Notes: generated from the letters alone by a model not told the origin. Shown: positions 13,392 through 24,614, numbered from the stretch's first letter. The stretch is DNA of 64,000 nt from Bacteroidota bacterium (GCA_027484125.1 JAIXUI010000040.1:1426-65425), one strand, 5' to 3'. Made by a program: numbers and translations.

Positions 13392-13399
13392 TATCTTTG
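13392..13399 (+). promoter_or_regulatory. Bacteroidota sigma-A -7 element for mnmG operon
   Basis: TATCTTTG matches TAnnTTTG, 9 nt before ATG 13409. Confidence 0.7.
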
Positions 13400-13408
13400 C
13401 AGTTCCTT

Positions 13409-15274
13409 ATGTTTCAGGATTATGATGTCATTGTGGTTGGTGCCGGCCACGCAGGTTGTGAGGCGGCAGCTGTAGCCGCTAATTTAGGCTCTCGGGTGCT
13501 GCTAATCACCATGAATATGCAGACTATCGCCCAAATGTCGTGTAATCCGGCTATGGGCGGAGTCGCAAAAGGCCAAATTGTTCGGGAAATTGATGCGCTC
13601 GGTGGTTATAGTGGAATCGTAAGCGACCGCTCGGCCATCCAGTTCCGCATGCTTAACCTCTCCAAAGGCCCGGCTATGTGGAGTCCCAGAACTCAAAACG
13701 ACCGAATGATGTTTGCCGCCGAATGGCGCCAAATGCTGGAAAATACCCTTAATGTGGATTTCTGGCAAGATACAGTGGTAGAATTGCTGTTAAATGGTGA
13801 CCAAATTGCAGGAGTTAAAACCGCCATGGGTGTTGAGTTTAAATGCCAAGCGGTAGTGCTCACCAATGGCACTTTCCTCAACGGGGTAATCCACATTGGC
13901 GAAAAACGCTTTGGAGGTGGTAGAAGTGGGGAAAAAGCCGCTCACGGAATTACCGAGCAATTGGTAACCCTCGGCTTTGAAGCCGGTAGAATGAAAACCG
14001 GAACTCCTCCTAGAATAGACGGAAGAAGCCTCGATTACAGCAAAATGGAAGAGCAACGCGGCGACGAAAACCCAAGTAAGTTCTCCTATTCCGACGAAAC
14101 AGCTCCTCTGAAAACCCAGCGTTCCTGCTACATCACTTACACCAGCCCGGAAGTGCATGACATTCTTCGAACCGGCTTCGACAAATCGCCCATGTACACC
14201 GGTCGTATTCAAGGGCTGGGGCCCCGTTATTGCCCTTCAATCGAAGACAAAATCAACCGGTTTGCTGAACGTGACCGCCATCAGATCTTCGTAGAACCTG
14301 AAGGTTGGAGTACGGTAGAAGTGTATGTTAATGGCTTTTCTACCTCGCTGCCTGAAGAAGTTCAGCATGAAGCTCTGAGAAAAATAGCAGGCTTTGAAAA
14401 TGCCAAAATGTTCCGCCCCGGCTATGCCATCGAATACGACTTCTTCCCTCCTACCCAGCTGCACTTAACGCTGGAAACCAAAAACATCGAAAATTTATAC
14501 TTCGCCGGCCAAATCAATGGAACTACCGGATATGAAGAGGCTGCTTGCCAAGGATTGATGGCCGGCATCAACGCACACTTGAAAATTCAAGGCGAAAACC
14601 CCCTCATACTCAAACGCTCAGAAGCCTACATCGGTGTGCTTATCGACGATTTGGTCAACAAAGGCACCGACGAACCTTACCGGATGTTTACCTCACGCTC
14701 GGAATATCGCATTTTGCTGCGCCAGGATAACGCCGATATCCGCTTAGGCCAGATTGCTTCTGACCTGGGCCTGTTGTCGGAAAGCCGGAAAGCTCGCTTA
14801 GAAGAAAAACTTCAAGGTCGTGATGCTATTCTCGATTATATGAGAAAACATAGTGCAGAGCCGGCGGAAGTGAATCCAAAGCTTACCGAACTAGAAACAG
14901 CTATCATCAACCAAAAAACCAGGTTGGAAGCTTTATTGCTTCGCCCTCAGGTAAGCCTGAATGACCTTGCAGAAGCTGTTCCTTCGCTTGCCGATTTTAC
15001 TTCCACTTTTTCAAAAGAAGTGCTGGAACAAGCAGAAATTACCTTGAAATACGCCTCTTATATTGAAAAAGAACAAGAGATTGCTGCCAAATTAAGCCAA
15101 CTAGACGACATCAGAATGAATCCCGAATTTGATTATCATAAAGTTCCGGCCTTGTCGGCAGAAGCTCGCGAGAAACTCAGCCGCGCTAAACCGCAAAACC
15201 TTGGCCAAGCCAGCAGAATCTCTGGTGTTAATCCTGCCGATATCTCGGTGCTCATGGTGTATATTGGTCGCTGA
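13409..15274 (+). CDS. mnmG: tRNA uridine-34 5-carboxymethylaminomethyl modification enzyme MnmG/GidA
   Basis: MFQDYDVIVVGAGHAGCEAA, SCNPAMGG, KTGTPPR, GPRYCPSIEDK, GQINGTTGYEEAA. True start 13409 rather than ORF-track 13280. Confidence 0.98.
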   Translation: MFQDYDVIVVGAGHAGCEAAAVAANLGSRVLLITMNMQTIAQMSCNPAMGGVAKGQIVREIDALGGYSGIVSDRSAIQFRMLNLSKGPAMWSPRTQNDRMMFAAEWRQMLENTLNVDFWQDTVVELLLNGDQIAGVKTAMGVEFKCQAVVLTNGTFLNGVIHIGEKRFGGGRSGEKAAHGITEQLVTLGFEAGRMKTGTPPRIDGRSLDYSKMEEQRGDENPSKFSYSDETAPLKTQRSCYITYTSPEVHDILRTGFDKSPMYTGRIQGLGPRYCPSIEDKINRFAERDRHQIFVEPEGWSTVEVYVNGFSTSLPEEVQHEALRKIAGFENAKMFRPGYAIEYDFFPPTQLHLTLETKNIENLYFAGQINGTTGYEEAACQGLMAGINAHLKIQGENPLILKRSEAYIGVLIDDLVNKGTDEPYRMFTSRSEYRILLRQDNADIRLGQIASDLGLLSESRKARLEEKLQGRDAILDYMRKHSAEPAEVNPKLTELETAIINQKTRLEALLLRPQVSLNDLAEAVPSLADFTSTFSKEVLEQAEITLKYASYIEKEQEIAAKLSQLDDIRMNPEFDYHKVPALSAEAREKLSRAKPQNLGQASRISGVNPADISVLMVYIGR

Positions 15275-15277
15275 TTC

Positions 15278-16171
15278 ATGAAAGAAACCCTGCTATCCTG
15301 CCCGGTTTGTAGTCACAAACATCTTCGAGCCTTTGGTGAGGCTACTGACTTTACCGTTTCTAATGAGAAATTCTCCTTAACGGAGTGCGTGAATTGCGGT
15401 TTCGTTTTCACAAATCCCCGACCTAACAGCGAATCCATCGGTCCTTATTATGAATCAGAGGAATACGTTTCACATACTTCTACCAAAAAAGGCCTCATTT
15501 TTAGCCTTTACCACGCGGTTAGATCCTTTACACTAGGCAGAAAAGCCCGTTTTGTGTCCCGTTTTATGAGTGGCACTAATCTGCTCGACGTTGGCTGTGG
15601 AACCGGCGATTTTTTATCTGAAATGCAAAAGCGCGGCTGGAATGTGAAAGGCATTGAACCGGCAGAAACCGCCAGACTTTTAGCTAAACGCAAAGGATTG
15701 GATGTTTACCCACAGGATTTCTTGTTCCATGGATTCAATAACCAATCTTTTGACGCTATTACCCTCTGGCATGTGCTCGAACATGTGCACGACTTAGAGC
15801 ATACCATCCGTACTTTATACAAATTACTTAAACCTGATGGCATTCTGCTGATTGCAGTCCCTAATAGAGATAGCTTGGACGCTAAACATTACGGATTTCA
15901 TTGGGCTGCATGGGACGTACCACGTCACCTTTACCATTTCAGAGCCAAAGATGTCATCAAACTGATGGTTGATCAAGGCTTTAAATGGGAGAAAACCGCC
16001 GTGATGCCCTTCGATAGCTTTTATGTAAGCTTACTGTCTGAGAAGTATATCCACGGCAGATATCGTTACTTTCAGGCATTTTTTGTGGGTTTGAGAAGTT
16101 TAATTTCCGCTTGGACAGGCAAAGACCTTGGCTCCAGTCAGCAATATGTTTTTCGTAAGCCACGGGCTTAA
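15278..16171 (+). CDS. Class I SAM-dependent methyltransferase with N-terminal Zn-ribbon
   Basis: CPVC...CVNC; LLDVGCGTG; FDAITLWHVLEH; LKPDG. Confidence 0.88.
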   Translation: MKETLLSCPVCSHKHLRAFGEATDFTVSNEKFSLTECVNCGFVFTNPRPNSESIGPYYESEEYVSHTSTKKGLIFSLYHAVRSFTLGRKARFVSRFMSGTNLLDVGCGTGDFLSEMQKRGWNVKGIEPAETARLLAKRKGLDVYPQDFLFHGFNNQSFDAITLWHVLEHVHDLEHTIRTLYKLLKPDGILLIAVPNRDSLDAKHYGFHWAAWDVPRHLYHFRAKDVIKLMVDQGFKWEKTAVMPFDSFYVSLLSEKYIHGRYRYFQAFFVGLRSLISAWTGKDLGSSQQYVFRKPRA

Positions 16172-17741
16172 ACTCCTATTCTGGACTTTATTTGCCGGAA
16201 TAATTCTAGCTTCCTGTGCCAACATTGGAAGCTTGGGCGGTGGCCCTGTGGATAAAACTCCACCTAAAATCACCCAAGTAACTCCGGAAAATGGCTCGGT
16301 TAATTTCAAATCGAATACCATTGTGCTGGAATTTGATGAGCTAATCAAGTTGAATAACCCTGAGCAAATCGTGATTACTCCTCAGCCACCCAAACGTCCC
16401 CAGTTCGACGGGAATGGCGATCGAGTAAAAGTAACCTTTCAGGATTCTCTCCAGCCTAACACCACTTACGTCATCAGTTTTCTCGACTTGATTGGCGATA
16501 ACAATGAGAATAACAGGCTTAAAGGATTCAGATATGTATTCAGTACAGGCCCTCAGGTTGATTCGGCTAGCTTGCGAGGCGTAGTCATACAAGCTAGCAC
16601 CGGAAAGCCTTGGAAAGAAGCCACAGTTGGGCTTTTTGCGGATACCCTTGGTGATACCATGCTGTTAGGAAGAGCCGCCCTCTATCTCACAAAGTCTGAT
16701 TCCTCCGGACGCTTTCTTTTCGAAAATTTGTCGGAAAAACCTTTCCGAATCCTCGCTTTTACCGACAAAGACCAAAACTACCAAGCCGGTACCGGGGAAG
16801 AAATCAGCCTTCCTACCAATAAAACCTTTCAACCCAGTAAAGCTGGAACGTTGACAGACACACTCAAGTTGGTCAAAGCTTTCCCGCGACAGCTTAAACT
16901 CACCGAAATTCGAGCTGTTTCGCCAGGAAGAATCAGGTTAAAATTCAACAAACCCCTCGATTCTGCTGCTATAAGCCTGCAAAATGGCCCTTGGATTCAA
17001 GCAGAAATGAACTTAGACTCGGGTTTCGTCTTGCATCAAGACCTTGTGTCCGATAGCCTCAACATCAGACTAATAGCCGGCTCTGGAGCTTTGAGGCTCG
17101 ATACACTCAGAATTGGCAATAAACAAGCTGATGGTAAATTACCTCGTCCGGTATGGGCAAAAATAAATGAACCCCTCCCCGGTGATAGCTTGGTACTTAA
17201 GCTAAGCAGAAGTATCACCCAGCTCGACACTGCTCGCATAGCCTTGTTTGCAGATAGCATTGCGCTAAAATTCAACAGCATTCGCTATTCAGCCCAATGT
17301 TTAACACTTGGGATACCAAACAAACTCAAAGGCAAGTTGGAAGTAAGAATAAAAGACTCGCTGGCGATGGACGATTTGAAACAATACAGCGAGAAAGCGC
17401 TGTTTTCCTTTAACCTTCCGGCAATCGACGATTTGGGTCAGTTGAAGTTGATTAACTTGGAAGCAAAACCCAAAAACCCGCTTATCCTGGTTTTATTGAA
17501 TGAAAAAGAACAGCCTATTCGGACCTTGTTGTACCAAGGAGGAGGAATGGCTGACTTCAACAACCTCCGTCCTGACAGCTACCGCCTCAAAATCATAGAA
17601 GACCTCAATCGAAACGGCAAAGCCGACGAAGGCGATTATTTCCAGCTACTTGCTCCAGAACCTTCGCGTACTGCAACTGAATTAATTAAAATGAGAGCGA
17701 ACTGGGAGTTAGAGCAAGATGTGAAACTGCTGGGCTTTTAA
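16146..17741 (+). CDS. Ig-like (Big_5-type) domain lipoprotein
   Basis: Lipobox LAS-C followed by AN...GGPVDKTPP...PNTTYVISF...DNNENN; C-terminal NWE. Start uncertain (16128 or 16146). Confidence 0.8.
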   Translation: MFFVSHGLKLLFWTLFAGIILASCANIGSLGGGPVDKTPPKITQVTPENGSVNFKSNTIVLEFDELIKLNNPEQIVITPQPPKRPQFDGNGDRVKVTFQDSLQPNTTYVISFLDLIGDNNENNRLKGFRYVFSTGPQVDSASLRGVVIQASTGKPWKEATVGLFADTLGDTMLLGRAALYLTKSDSSGRFLFENLSEKPFRILAFTDKDQNYQAGTGEEISLPTNKTFQPSKAGTLTDTLKLVKAFPRQLKLTEIRAVSPGRIRLKFNKPLDSAAISLQNGPWIQAEMNLDSGFVLHQDLVSDSLNIRLIAGSGALRLDTLRIGNKQADGKLPRPVWAKINEPLPGDSLVLKLSRSITQLDTARIALFADSIALKFNSIRYSAQCLTLGIPNKLKGKLEVRIKDSLAMDDLKQYSEKALFSFNLPAIDDLGQLKLINLEAKPKNPLILVLLNEKEQPIRTLLYQGGGMADFNNLRPDSYRLKIIEDLNRNGKADEGDYFQLLAPEPSRTATELIKMRANWELEQDVKLLGF

Positions 17742-17754
17742 GTAGAAACAGGCC

Positions 17755-18747
17755 ATGTCGCTCTCCCAACTGCCCGATAAAAATTCCGGCCATGAAGCCC
17801 TCCTCAAATACCACGCATACCGACTCGGATTTCAGTATTGCGGCATCTCAAAAGCAGGGTTTCTGGAAGAGGAAGCACCAAGGCTGGAAAACTGGCTCAA
17901 TTCAGGACAGCATGGCACCATGCGGTACATGGAAAACCACTTCGACAAACGCCTGGACCCACGATTGCTGGTGGAAGGCGCTCAATCGGTAGTGACCCTC
18001 TTGTACAATTATCAAACAGAGGAGCGTCAGCGAGATTCGGAAGCACCTAAAATCTCTCGCTATGCTTATGGGGAGGACTACCACAAAGTCATCAAAGACA
18101 AGTTATTTGAGCTAGTTGAAATTTTAAGAGAAGAAATTGGCGCCATCCAGGGCAGAGTTTTCGTGGATTCCGCCCCAGTATTGGAAAAAGCCTGGGCAAA
18201 AAAAAGTGGTGCAGGCTGGATAGGAAAGAACAGCAACCTCATCACCCGTCAGCAAGGATCCTGGTTTTTTCTTGCAGAACTCATCATCGATTTAAAATTA
18301 GAACCCGACGGCCCCATAAAAGATTATTGTGGCCAATGTACCCGCTGCATTGATGCTTGCCCAACAGGCGCTATCACCCCATATCAAGTGAACGGCAGTA
18401 AGTGCATCAGCTACCTTACCATCGAGTTGAGAGAGGCCATCCCAAGCGAATTCAAAGGCAAAATGGAGAACTGGGCCTTCGGCTGTGACATTTGTCAGGA
18501 AGTTTGTCCTTGGAACCGGTTCGCCAAAGCCCATAGTGAAAGCCGCTTTTCGCCTTCTGAAGAACTTCTCGGCCTCACAAAAAAGGATTGGATGGAGATG
18601 ACAGATGAAGTTTTTGGCCGCATCTTTGAAAAGTCTGCCGTGCAGCGTGCCGGCTATCAAGGTCTGATGCGCAGCCTAAAATTTCTAAACGATGAACCTC
18701 CGACTACTTCTCCTCAACAGCCTGCTCAGCCTTCTTCTACTTCCTGA
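17755..18747 (+). CDS. queG: Epoxyqueuosine reductase
   Basis: [55 protein letters not shown]. Confidence 0.96.
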   Translation: MSLSQLPDKNSGHEALLKYHAYRLGFQYCGISKAGFLEEEAPRLENWLNSGQHGTMRYMENHFDKRLDPRLLVEGAQSVVTLLYNYQTEERQRDSEAPKISRYAYGEDYHKVIKDKLFELVEILREEIGAIQGRVFVDSAPVLEKAWAKKSGAGWIGKNSNLITRQQGSWFFLAELIIDLKLEPDGPIKDYCGQCTRCIDACPTGAITPYQVNGSKCISYLTIELREAIPSEFKGKMENWAFGCDICQEVCPWNRFAKAHSESRFSPSEELLGLTKKDWMEMTDEVFGRIFEKSAVQRAGYQGLMRSLKFLNDEPPTTSPQQPAQPSSTS

Positions 18748-20206
18748 TTTACAGGCTCAAGATGACCGCGATAAGGCATTGAAAGCACTGGAAGCAGAAC
18801 AACAACAGTATTTCCGAAATCGAGCGAAAGAAGAACAAGCCTATTACTCAGAACGGGATCGTGCTTTCGCTCAGTTACTGAAAGAACGCTGGCGCGCCCA
18901 ACCCATGGCTGCTCCGCTTAAGGCAGACCCCATGCCTAAGCGACCTAGTCAGCCCCTGGTACCCGGAACCTCAGCACAAACCACCCCGGCCGTTGATACT
19001 GCCTGGAGAAAAGGCCCATCAAAGCCCGAACCTTATACCAAGCAGACCATTATCGGAAAGCCTATCGCGCCGGTAGAACCAACGCCTCAGGCTCCTACTA
19101 AATCTAATGTCCTACTTTATCTCCCCTTCTACGGAAGCACCGTAACACTCATTCAACCTTTTGAATCAGCCTGGCTTCCAGGAACCCCACTCACCAATGC
19201 ACGAATAGCTCAATGGTGGGAAAAGATGGCCAAAGACCCCAAATCCTCCAAACAAGTATACGCCTTTCGAACAGCAGCCAACGAACTGAATCTTAAGGGA
19301 TGGCCGCTGTTTCAGCTGGTGAAAACTTACGTGACTCAATTGCCGATTTCGGCATCTCACCAACGCATGTTGGCCTGGTATTACCTCAACCGATTAGGCT
19401 ACGATGCACGACTCGGTATCGACGGAAGTGGCTCCTCCATCCTTCTCGCTACTACCGATGCCGAACTTTATGGAACAACTTTTTTCCGGGAAAACAGTAC
19501 CGGCAAACAGTTTTATTTCCTCATGAAAAACGATAAGTTGCCGGGCAATCAATTCCTGACTTACAAACCTGCAACCTATGACAACGCCGCCAAACCGTTG
19601 GAGATGAACGAACTTGGCTTCGAGCTTAGCCAAAAAGTGCAAGCCTCCATCAAGCGAAGTTTTGCCTTTCAAGGAAAATCCATCCATTACACCTTCAACT
19701 TCGATAAAAACCGATTGAATTTATTAGCCACCTGGCCTCAGGCGGCGTTTAAAACCTATGCACAGCCAGTTCCGCAACTCCGTGAATTAACTGAAGAAAT
19801 TAGAAAACGGTGTTCAAGCCTATCCAACCGAGAAAAAGCAGATTACTTGCTAGCCATGGTACAAAACTCTTTGGCCTACCAAGAAGACGAGAAACAATTC
19901 GGAACAGAACGACATCTGTTCCCTGAAGAAACCCTGGTGATGCCCTTTTCTGACTGTGAAGACCGCAGCTTTCTTTACGCCACCTTAATGAAAATGGCCT
20001 TCAATTTTGACGTCATCCTGGTTGATTATCCCGGCCATGTAGCCACTGCAGTTCGATTAGGCAATCCAAACAAAGACGACGATGCCTTCACCTGGAAAGG
20101 ACAAACCTGGATTATCTGCGACCCTACCTATATGAATGCTACCTCCGGCATGAGTATGCCGGATTTCAAAAAAGTTACACCTGAAATTATAGCCTTACAG
20201 CCATGA
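18692..20206 (+). CDS. Exported protein with C-terminal transglutaminase/papain-like Cys-His-Asp domain
   Basis: Signal peptide, helical N-terminus, Pro-rich linker, then SDCEDRS...YPGHVATA...CDPT. Confidence 0.6.
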   Translation: MNLRLLLLNSLLSLLLLPDLQAQDDRDKALKALEAEQQQYFRNRAKEEQAYYSERDRAFAQLLKERWRAQPMAAPLKADPMPKRPSQPLVPGTSAQTTPAVDTAWRKGPSKPEPYTKQTIIGKPIAPVEPTPQAPTKSNVLLYLPFYGSTVTLIQPFESAWLPGTPLTNARIAQWWEKMAKDPKSSKQVYAFRTAANELNLKGWPLFQLVKTYVTQLPISASHQRMLAWYYLNRLGYDARLGIDGSGSSILLATTDAELYGTTFFRENSTGKQFYFLMKNDKLPGNQFLTYKPATYDNAAKPLEMNELGFELSQKVQASIKRSFAFQGKSIHYTFNFDKNRLNLLATWPQAAFKTYAQPVPQLRELTEEIRKRCSSLSNREKADYLLAMVQNSLAYQEDEKQFGTERHLFPEETLVMPFSDCEDRSFLYATLMKMAFNFDVILVDYPGHVATAVRLGNPNKDDDAFTWKGQTWIICDPTYMNATSGMSMPDFKKVTPEIIALQP

Positions 20207-21663
20207 ATGAATTAAATGAACAGATGAAAGCTTTTCTGAAGCAATATCAGGAAAGTCAAATCAACCAAGCCTCTATTGTTGAAGCCCCCTCCTCTGGTTA
20301 TGCACTCACCCAAGATCAGGAAGAAGCAGTAACCAGATTCAAGTCTTTTTTGCAGGAAGAAATACCAGCATTTGTGCTTACCGGAGCAGCCGGTACCGGA
20401 AAAACCACCTTGTTACGAGAGTTGGTAGGAGTTGCCGAGCAAGCGAAATATAAGCTTACGTTACTCGCACCAACAGGCCGAGCAGCAAAAGTCGCTGCCA
20501 CGCGCACAGGACTGCCTTCCAGCACCATTCACCGCCATATTTATTCGGTAAGTGAAGAAGTAGATAAAAAAAGCGGCGTACTAAAATCCCTCTCTTTCTC
20601 CCTTAAAAAGGCTGGAAAAGCGCATCCTACTCTGTTTGTGGTGGACGAAGCCTCCATGCTGGCAGGAGCAAGCCGCCAAGATGGACTATTCAAGCAAAAC
20701 TCCTTACTCGACGATTTATTCCTCTTTGTGCAAAGCGGACACCCTGCTAACCGACTGTTGTTTGTAGGCGATCCCTATCAGCTTCCTCCCGTTGGGGAAG
20801 TACTTTCTCCTGCACTTTCGCCTATCACACTGGAGCAGGATTTCGGGATGGAAACACGATCCGCTGAGTTGAAAGAAGTACTCCGACAAGCCTCCGGTTC
20901 GGCTTTATTGCAGAATGCCATGGCGCTTCGTGAAGCCATGTGGGCCGACGAACCTCAAATGCCGCAGTTACACTTCGACCAAGAAGCCTACAAAACCATT
21001 GTAGGCGTAGAAGAAGCGGTGAAAGCCTTCTGCGAATGTTACCAACACGAACCCGATGAAACCATCTTCCTCTGCTTATCAAACCAGCAAGCAGCCAACC
21101 TTAACCAGAAAATCAGGCAGCAACTCTATCCGGAAGCCGGTGCGTTGCCCTTTCCAGGTGAGCAGTTGATGGTGGTAAAAAACCACTACTTCCGATTAGA
21201 CGAGCAACTGGGATTTATTGCCAATGGCGAGATGATTAAAACCAAGCGCATACATGAAGATTCCTTGGTTAACATGTCCGGATTCAACTTCCTGATGATG
21301 GATTTAGAAGCCCAAGACGAGCAAGACAAACCTTTTCCCTATCGCGCCAGACTAGTCACTGACCTCCTCTTTAGCCCCTCACCCAATATCAGCGGTCCGC
21401 AATACTCTGAGCTATATCAATTGAGAAGAAAAACCTTGGGGAAGAAATTCGATGCAGTAACCGATCCATTTCTAAACGCCTTGCAGATGAAGTTCGGTTA
21501 TGCCGTAACTTGCCACAAAGCGCAAGGAGGCGAATGGAAAAACGTATTTATCCTTCAGGAATTCAGCCGAATGGAGCCCAAAGAGAAGCTTCGTTGGGAT
21601 TACACCGCCCTAACAAGAGCCTCTGAACGGGTCTTTCTGGTTAAACAAGGCCGAAGTCGTTAG
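20203..21663 (+). CDS. RecD-like ATP-dependent SF1B helicase (stand-alone)
   Basis: GAAGTGKT, APTGRAA, TIHR, VDEASM, GDPYQLPPV, VLRQ, YAVTCHKAQGGEW, YTALTRA. Confidence 0.92.
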   Translation: MNELNEQMKAFLKQYQESQINQASIVEAPSSGYALTQDQEEAVTRFKSFLQEEIPAFVLTGAAGTGKTTLLRELVGVAEQAKYKLTLLAPTGRAAKVAATRTGLPSSTIHRHIYSVSEEVDKKSGVLKSLSFSLKKAGKAHPTLFVVDEASMLAGASRQDGLFKQNSLLDDLFLFVQSGHPANRLLFVGDPYQLPPVGEVLSPALSPITLEQDFGMETRSAELKEVLRQASGSALLQNAMALREAMWADEPQMPQLHFDQEAYKTIVGVEEAVKAFCECYQHEPDETIFLCLSNQQAANLNQKIRQQLYPEAGALPFPGEQLMVVKNHYFRLDEQLGFIANGEMIKTKRIHEDSLVNMSGFNFLMMDLEAQDEQDKPFPYRARLVTDLLFSPSPNISGPQYSELYQLRRKTLGKKFDAVTDPFLNALQMKFGYAVTCHKAQGGEWKNVFILQEFSRMEPKEKLRWDYTALTRASERVFLVKQGRSR

Positions 21664-21702
21664 ATAGTGCGGTAAATACGTCCTTCTGTTCGATGATAAC
21701 TC

Positions 21703-22125
21703 ATGGAAATCTATAGTAACTTATTTGTCTATGGCACTTTAGCGGTTCCATCGCTTCGGGATGCTCTCATCGGGTCTTGTGAAGTACTCAGCCCGGCTTA
21801 TCTTCCTGGCCATCGGCTAGTCAAGCGAACCGACGGATTTCCATACTGTCTTCCGGAAGAAGGCTCATGGGTAACAGGCGCTCTGCTGAATCTTTCTCAA
21901 GAACAATGGGAAATCATTGCCGCTTGGGAAGATGCTCCTTATGACTATACCCTGAGGGAAACCGTTATTTACTTTCAGGAAAAACCCATTTATAGTCGGT
22001 TTTACAATGGCCAATTCAGCTTTGGAGGATATGTTCCTGCGGAGGGCTGGCAACCGGTTGACTTAAACTTGATGTTGAATCAAATTCGCGATTTCCTGTT
22101 CCTTTATAAAAAAGGTAAAAACTAG
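21703..22125 (+). CDS. Gamma-glutamylcyclotransferase (AIG2/GGCT-like) family protein
   Basis: LFVYGTL, V.G.L and a WE...Y equivalent of the conserved Glu. Confidence 0.75.
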   Translation: MEIYSNLFVYGTLAVPSLRDALIGSCEVLSPAYLPGHRLVKRTDGFPYCLPEEGSWVTGALLNLSQEQWEIIAAWEDAPYDYTLRETVIYFQEKPIYSRFYNGQFSFGGYVPAEGWQPVDLNLMLNQIRDFLFLYKKGKN

Positions 22126-22352
22126 CTTCTTTAGCTAAACCTCCAACAGCCTATTGCCCATCTAGTTTTACCAGAAGAGGTTTGAATTCAAGAAATTGAC
22201 TCATCATTTGAGATTTTCTTAAACAACTTGCTAAAAAATTAAGAAGGTCATTTTTGCCATAAAGCTCCGTTTTAAGCGATAAACTCATATATATACTTTT
22301 AATCTATATGATATTTTTGTAAATCACATTGTTTTATTGAAACCCATCGCCA

Positions 22353-22360
22353 TAAATTTG
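22353..22360 (+). promoter_or_regulatory. -7 promoter element of glnA
   Basis: TAAATTTG about 40 nt upstream of ATG 22401. Confidence 0.7.
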
Positions 22361-22400
22361 CACCCGAAAGCAAAAATAATAACATTACATTTTTTTAGAT

Positions 22401-24590
22401 ATGTCGAATTCACGATTTACAGCACTTGATGCCGCCCGCAACAGGGTAACCGTTTCGGTGATTAAACACAGCGAGAAAATCTCTGAATTTTTTGGCAGCA
22501 ACGTATTCAACAAGAATGCGATGCGCGAATACCTTCCGGAAGATGTTTTCACCAGTTTGATGAACAGCATCGAGCGCGGTGAGAAACTGGACATGGGCAT
22601 TGCAGACCAAGTGGAAGCAGGCATGAAAAACTGGGCCATTGCCAAAGGAGCAACCCACTATACCCATTGGTTCCAACCATTAACCGGCGCAACAGCTGAA
22701 AAACACGATTCCTTCTTCCACTTGTCAAGCGATGGCAGAGCCATGGAAGCATTCTCTGGCTCAGCGCTGGTACAGCAAGAACCTGATGCTTCCTCCTTCC
22801 CCAATGGTGGTATTCGTAACACTTTCGAAGCAAGAGGCTATACTGCTTGGGATCCATCGTCTCCAGCTTTTCTCTATGAAAGTACTGCAGGAATCACCCT
22901 TTGCATTCCTACTATTTTTGTTTCATATACCGGCGAGTCGCTCGACTACAAAGCGCCTTTGCTAAAATCATTGGCCTATGTAGAAAAAGCAGCGGTAGAA
23001 GTATGTCACTACTTCGATCGCAACATCACCAAGGTATATCCCACACTTGGTGTTGAACAAGAATACTTCTTGGTTGATGCCGCTTTATTCAATGAGCGTC
23101 CTGACCTGATGATGTCAGGCAGAACCTTGATCGGACATGGCTCTGCTCGCGGACAGCAATTAGAAGATCACTACTTCGGATCTATTCCGGAGCGTGTACA
23201 AGCGTTCATGGTGGACTTGGAAAACGAGGCACATAAACTCGGCATTCCACTCAAAACCCGTCACAATGAAGTAGCACCTGCTCAATTTGAATGTGCGCCT
23301 TTGTTCGAAGAAATCAACCTGGCGGTTGACCACAACCAGTTGCTCATGGACATCATGGAAAAAGTAGGACGCCGTCATAACTTCCGTGTATTGCTCCATG
23401 AAAAACCCTTCGCCGGCATCAACGGTTCGGGCAAGCACAACAACTGGTCACTTGCCACCAATACTGGCAAAAACCTGCTTTCACCTTCTAAGAACCCTAA
23501 GAGCAACTTACAGTTCCTCACTTTCTTCGTCAATACCATCAAAGCATTTCACGTACACGGAGACTTAGTACGTGCCTCCATCGCTTCTGCTTCCAATGAC
23601 CATCGCTTAGGTGCGAACGAAGCTCCTCCGGCCATCATGTCGGCATTCTTAGGCTCTCAGTTGAGTTCCGTACTTGATGAAATTGAAGCACGTAAGTTTG
23701 AAAACAGCGAATCAGACACCAAAGCACTGATGAAACTGGGAGTAGAAAAACTTCCAGAAATCATGCTCGACAACACCGACCGCAACCGAACTTCTCCATT
23801 CGCCTTCACAGGAAACAAGTTTGAGCTTCGCGCAGTGGGTTCATCTGCTAACAGCGCTTCCGCCATGACCGTTTTAAACACCATCGTAGGTGCTCAGTTG
23901 GTAGAATTTAAAAAAGAAGTTGACGGCTTGCTAGCAGCAGGAGAATCGAAAGAGGCGGCGATTATGAAAGTGATTCATCGCTACATCATCGAGTCGAAAG
24001 CCATTCGTTTTGAAGGCAATGGCTACTCCGATGAGTGGGTAGAAGAAGCTGCTCGCCGTGGACTTCCCAATGTAAAAACCACCCCTCACGCACTAGATGC
24101 GTTAGTCACTGAAAAAGCAGTCAAGCTTTTCACACAAGCAGGCGTTTACTCTGAGCGTGAATTGCATGCCCGCCATGAAATTCAACTTGAAGCTTACACC
24201 AAAAAGATCCAAATTGAAGGTCGTATTCTTGGTGATATGGCTTTGACCCAAATCATTCCGGCCGCCATCCGTTATCAAACCGAAGTGCTCTCCAACATTC
24301 AGATGCAGAAAAACATCGGCCTTCCTGAATCTGCTGTTGCCGCACAAACCGGATTGGTCAATAATATCTCGACAAGGGTGAACACCATTTCCGGTATGGT
24401 TCACGATATGGTTGAAGCGCGTAAGAAAGCGAACAACCTGAGCGATGCCCGCGAAATGGCCATCGCCTACTGCGAAGAAGTTAAACCTTACTTCGATCAG
24501 ATTCGATATGAAATTGACAAATTGGAACAAGTCATTGATGACCGCTACTGGCCACTCCCCAAATACCGTGAATTGTTATTTGTGAAGTAA
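22401..24590 (+). CDS. glnA: Glutamine synthetase type III
   Basis: 729 aa; THWFQPLTG.TAEKHD, EPDASSFPNGG, RGYTAWD, HNEVAPAQFE, HEKPFAGINGSGKHNNWS, DRNRTSPFAFTGNKFE.RAVG. Confidence 0.97.
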   Translation: MSNSRFTALDAARNRVTVSVIKHSEKISEFFGSNVFNKNAMREYLPEDVFTSLMNSIERGEKLDMGIADQVEAGMKNWAIAKGATHYTHWFQPLTGATAEKHDSFFHLSSDGRAMEAFSGSALVQQEPDASSFPNGGIRNTFEARGYTAWDPSSPAFLYESTAGITLCIPTIFVSYTGESLDYKAPLLKSLAYVEKAAVEVCHYFDRNITKVYPTLGVEQEYFLVDAALFNERPDLMMSGRTLIGHGSARGQQLEDHYFGSIPERVQAFMVDLENEAHKLGIPLKTRHNEVAPAQFECAPLFEEINLAVDHNQLLMDIMEKVGRRHNFRVLLHEKPFAGINGSGKHNNWSLATNTGKNLLSPSKNPKSNLQFLTFFVNTIKAFHVHGDLVRASIASASNDHRLGANEAPPAIMSAFLGSQLSSVLDEIEARKFENSESDTKALMKLGVEKLPEIMLDNTDRNRTSPFAFTGNKFELRAVGSSANSASAMTVLNTIVGAQLVEFKKEVDGLLAAGESKEAAIMKVIHRYIIESKAIRFEGNGYSDEWVEEAARRGLPNVKTTPHALDALVTEKAVKLFTQAGVYSERELHARHEIQLEAYTKKIQIEGRILGDMALTQIIPAAIRYQTEVLSNIQMQKNIGLPESAVAAQTGLVNNISTRVNTISGMVHDMVEARKKANNLSDAREMAIAYCEEVKPYFDQIRYEIDKLEQVIDDRYWPLPKYRELLFVK

Positions 24591-24614
24591 CCAGTACTGA
24601 GCGTTCTACTTTTT

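Noticed and set aside
13280..13408. N-terminal extension of MnmG overlapping the divergent LuxR gene
   Set aside because: Homology begins at MFQDYDVIVVG and a -7 box lies just before ATG 13409, so the extension is an ORF-calling artefact. The same applies to trx, hemE, prs and the SDR.
16247..16255. Perfect DnaA box TGTGGATAA (also at 51927-51935)
   Set aside because: Isolated copies inside coding sequence, explained by Val-Asp-Lys/Asn codons.
20203..21663. Helicase as a defence or mobile-element gene
   Set aside because: It lies in a housekeeping operon with host-like composition and has no partner nuclease.
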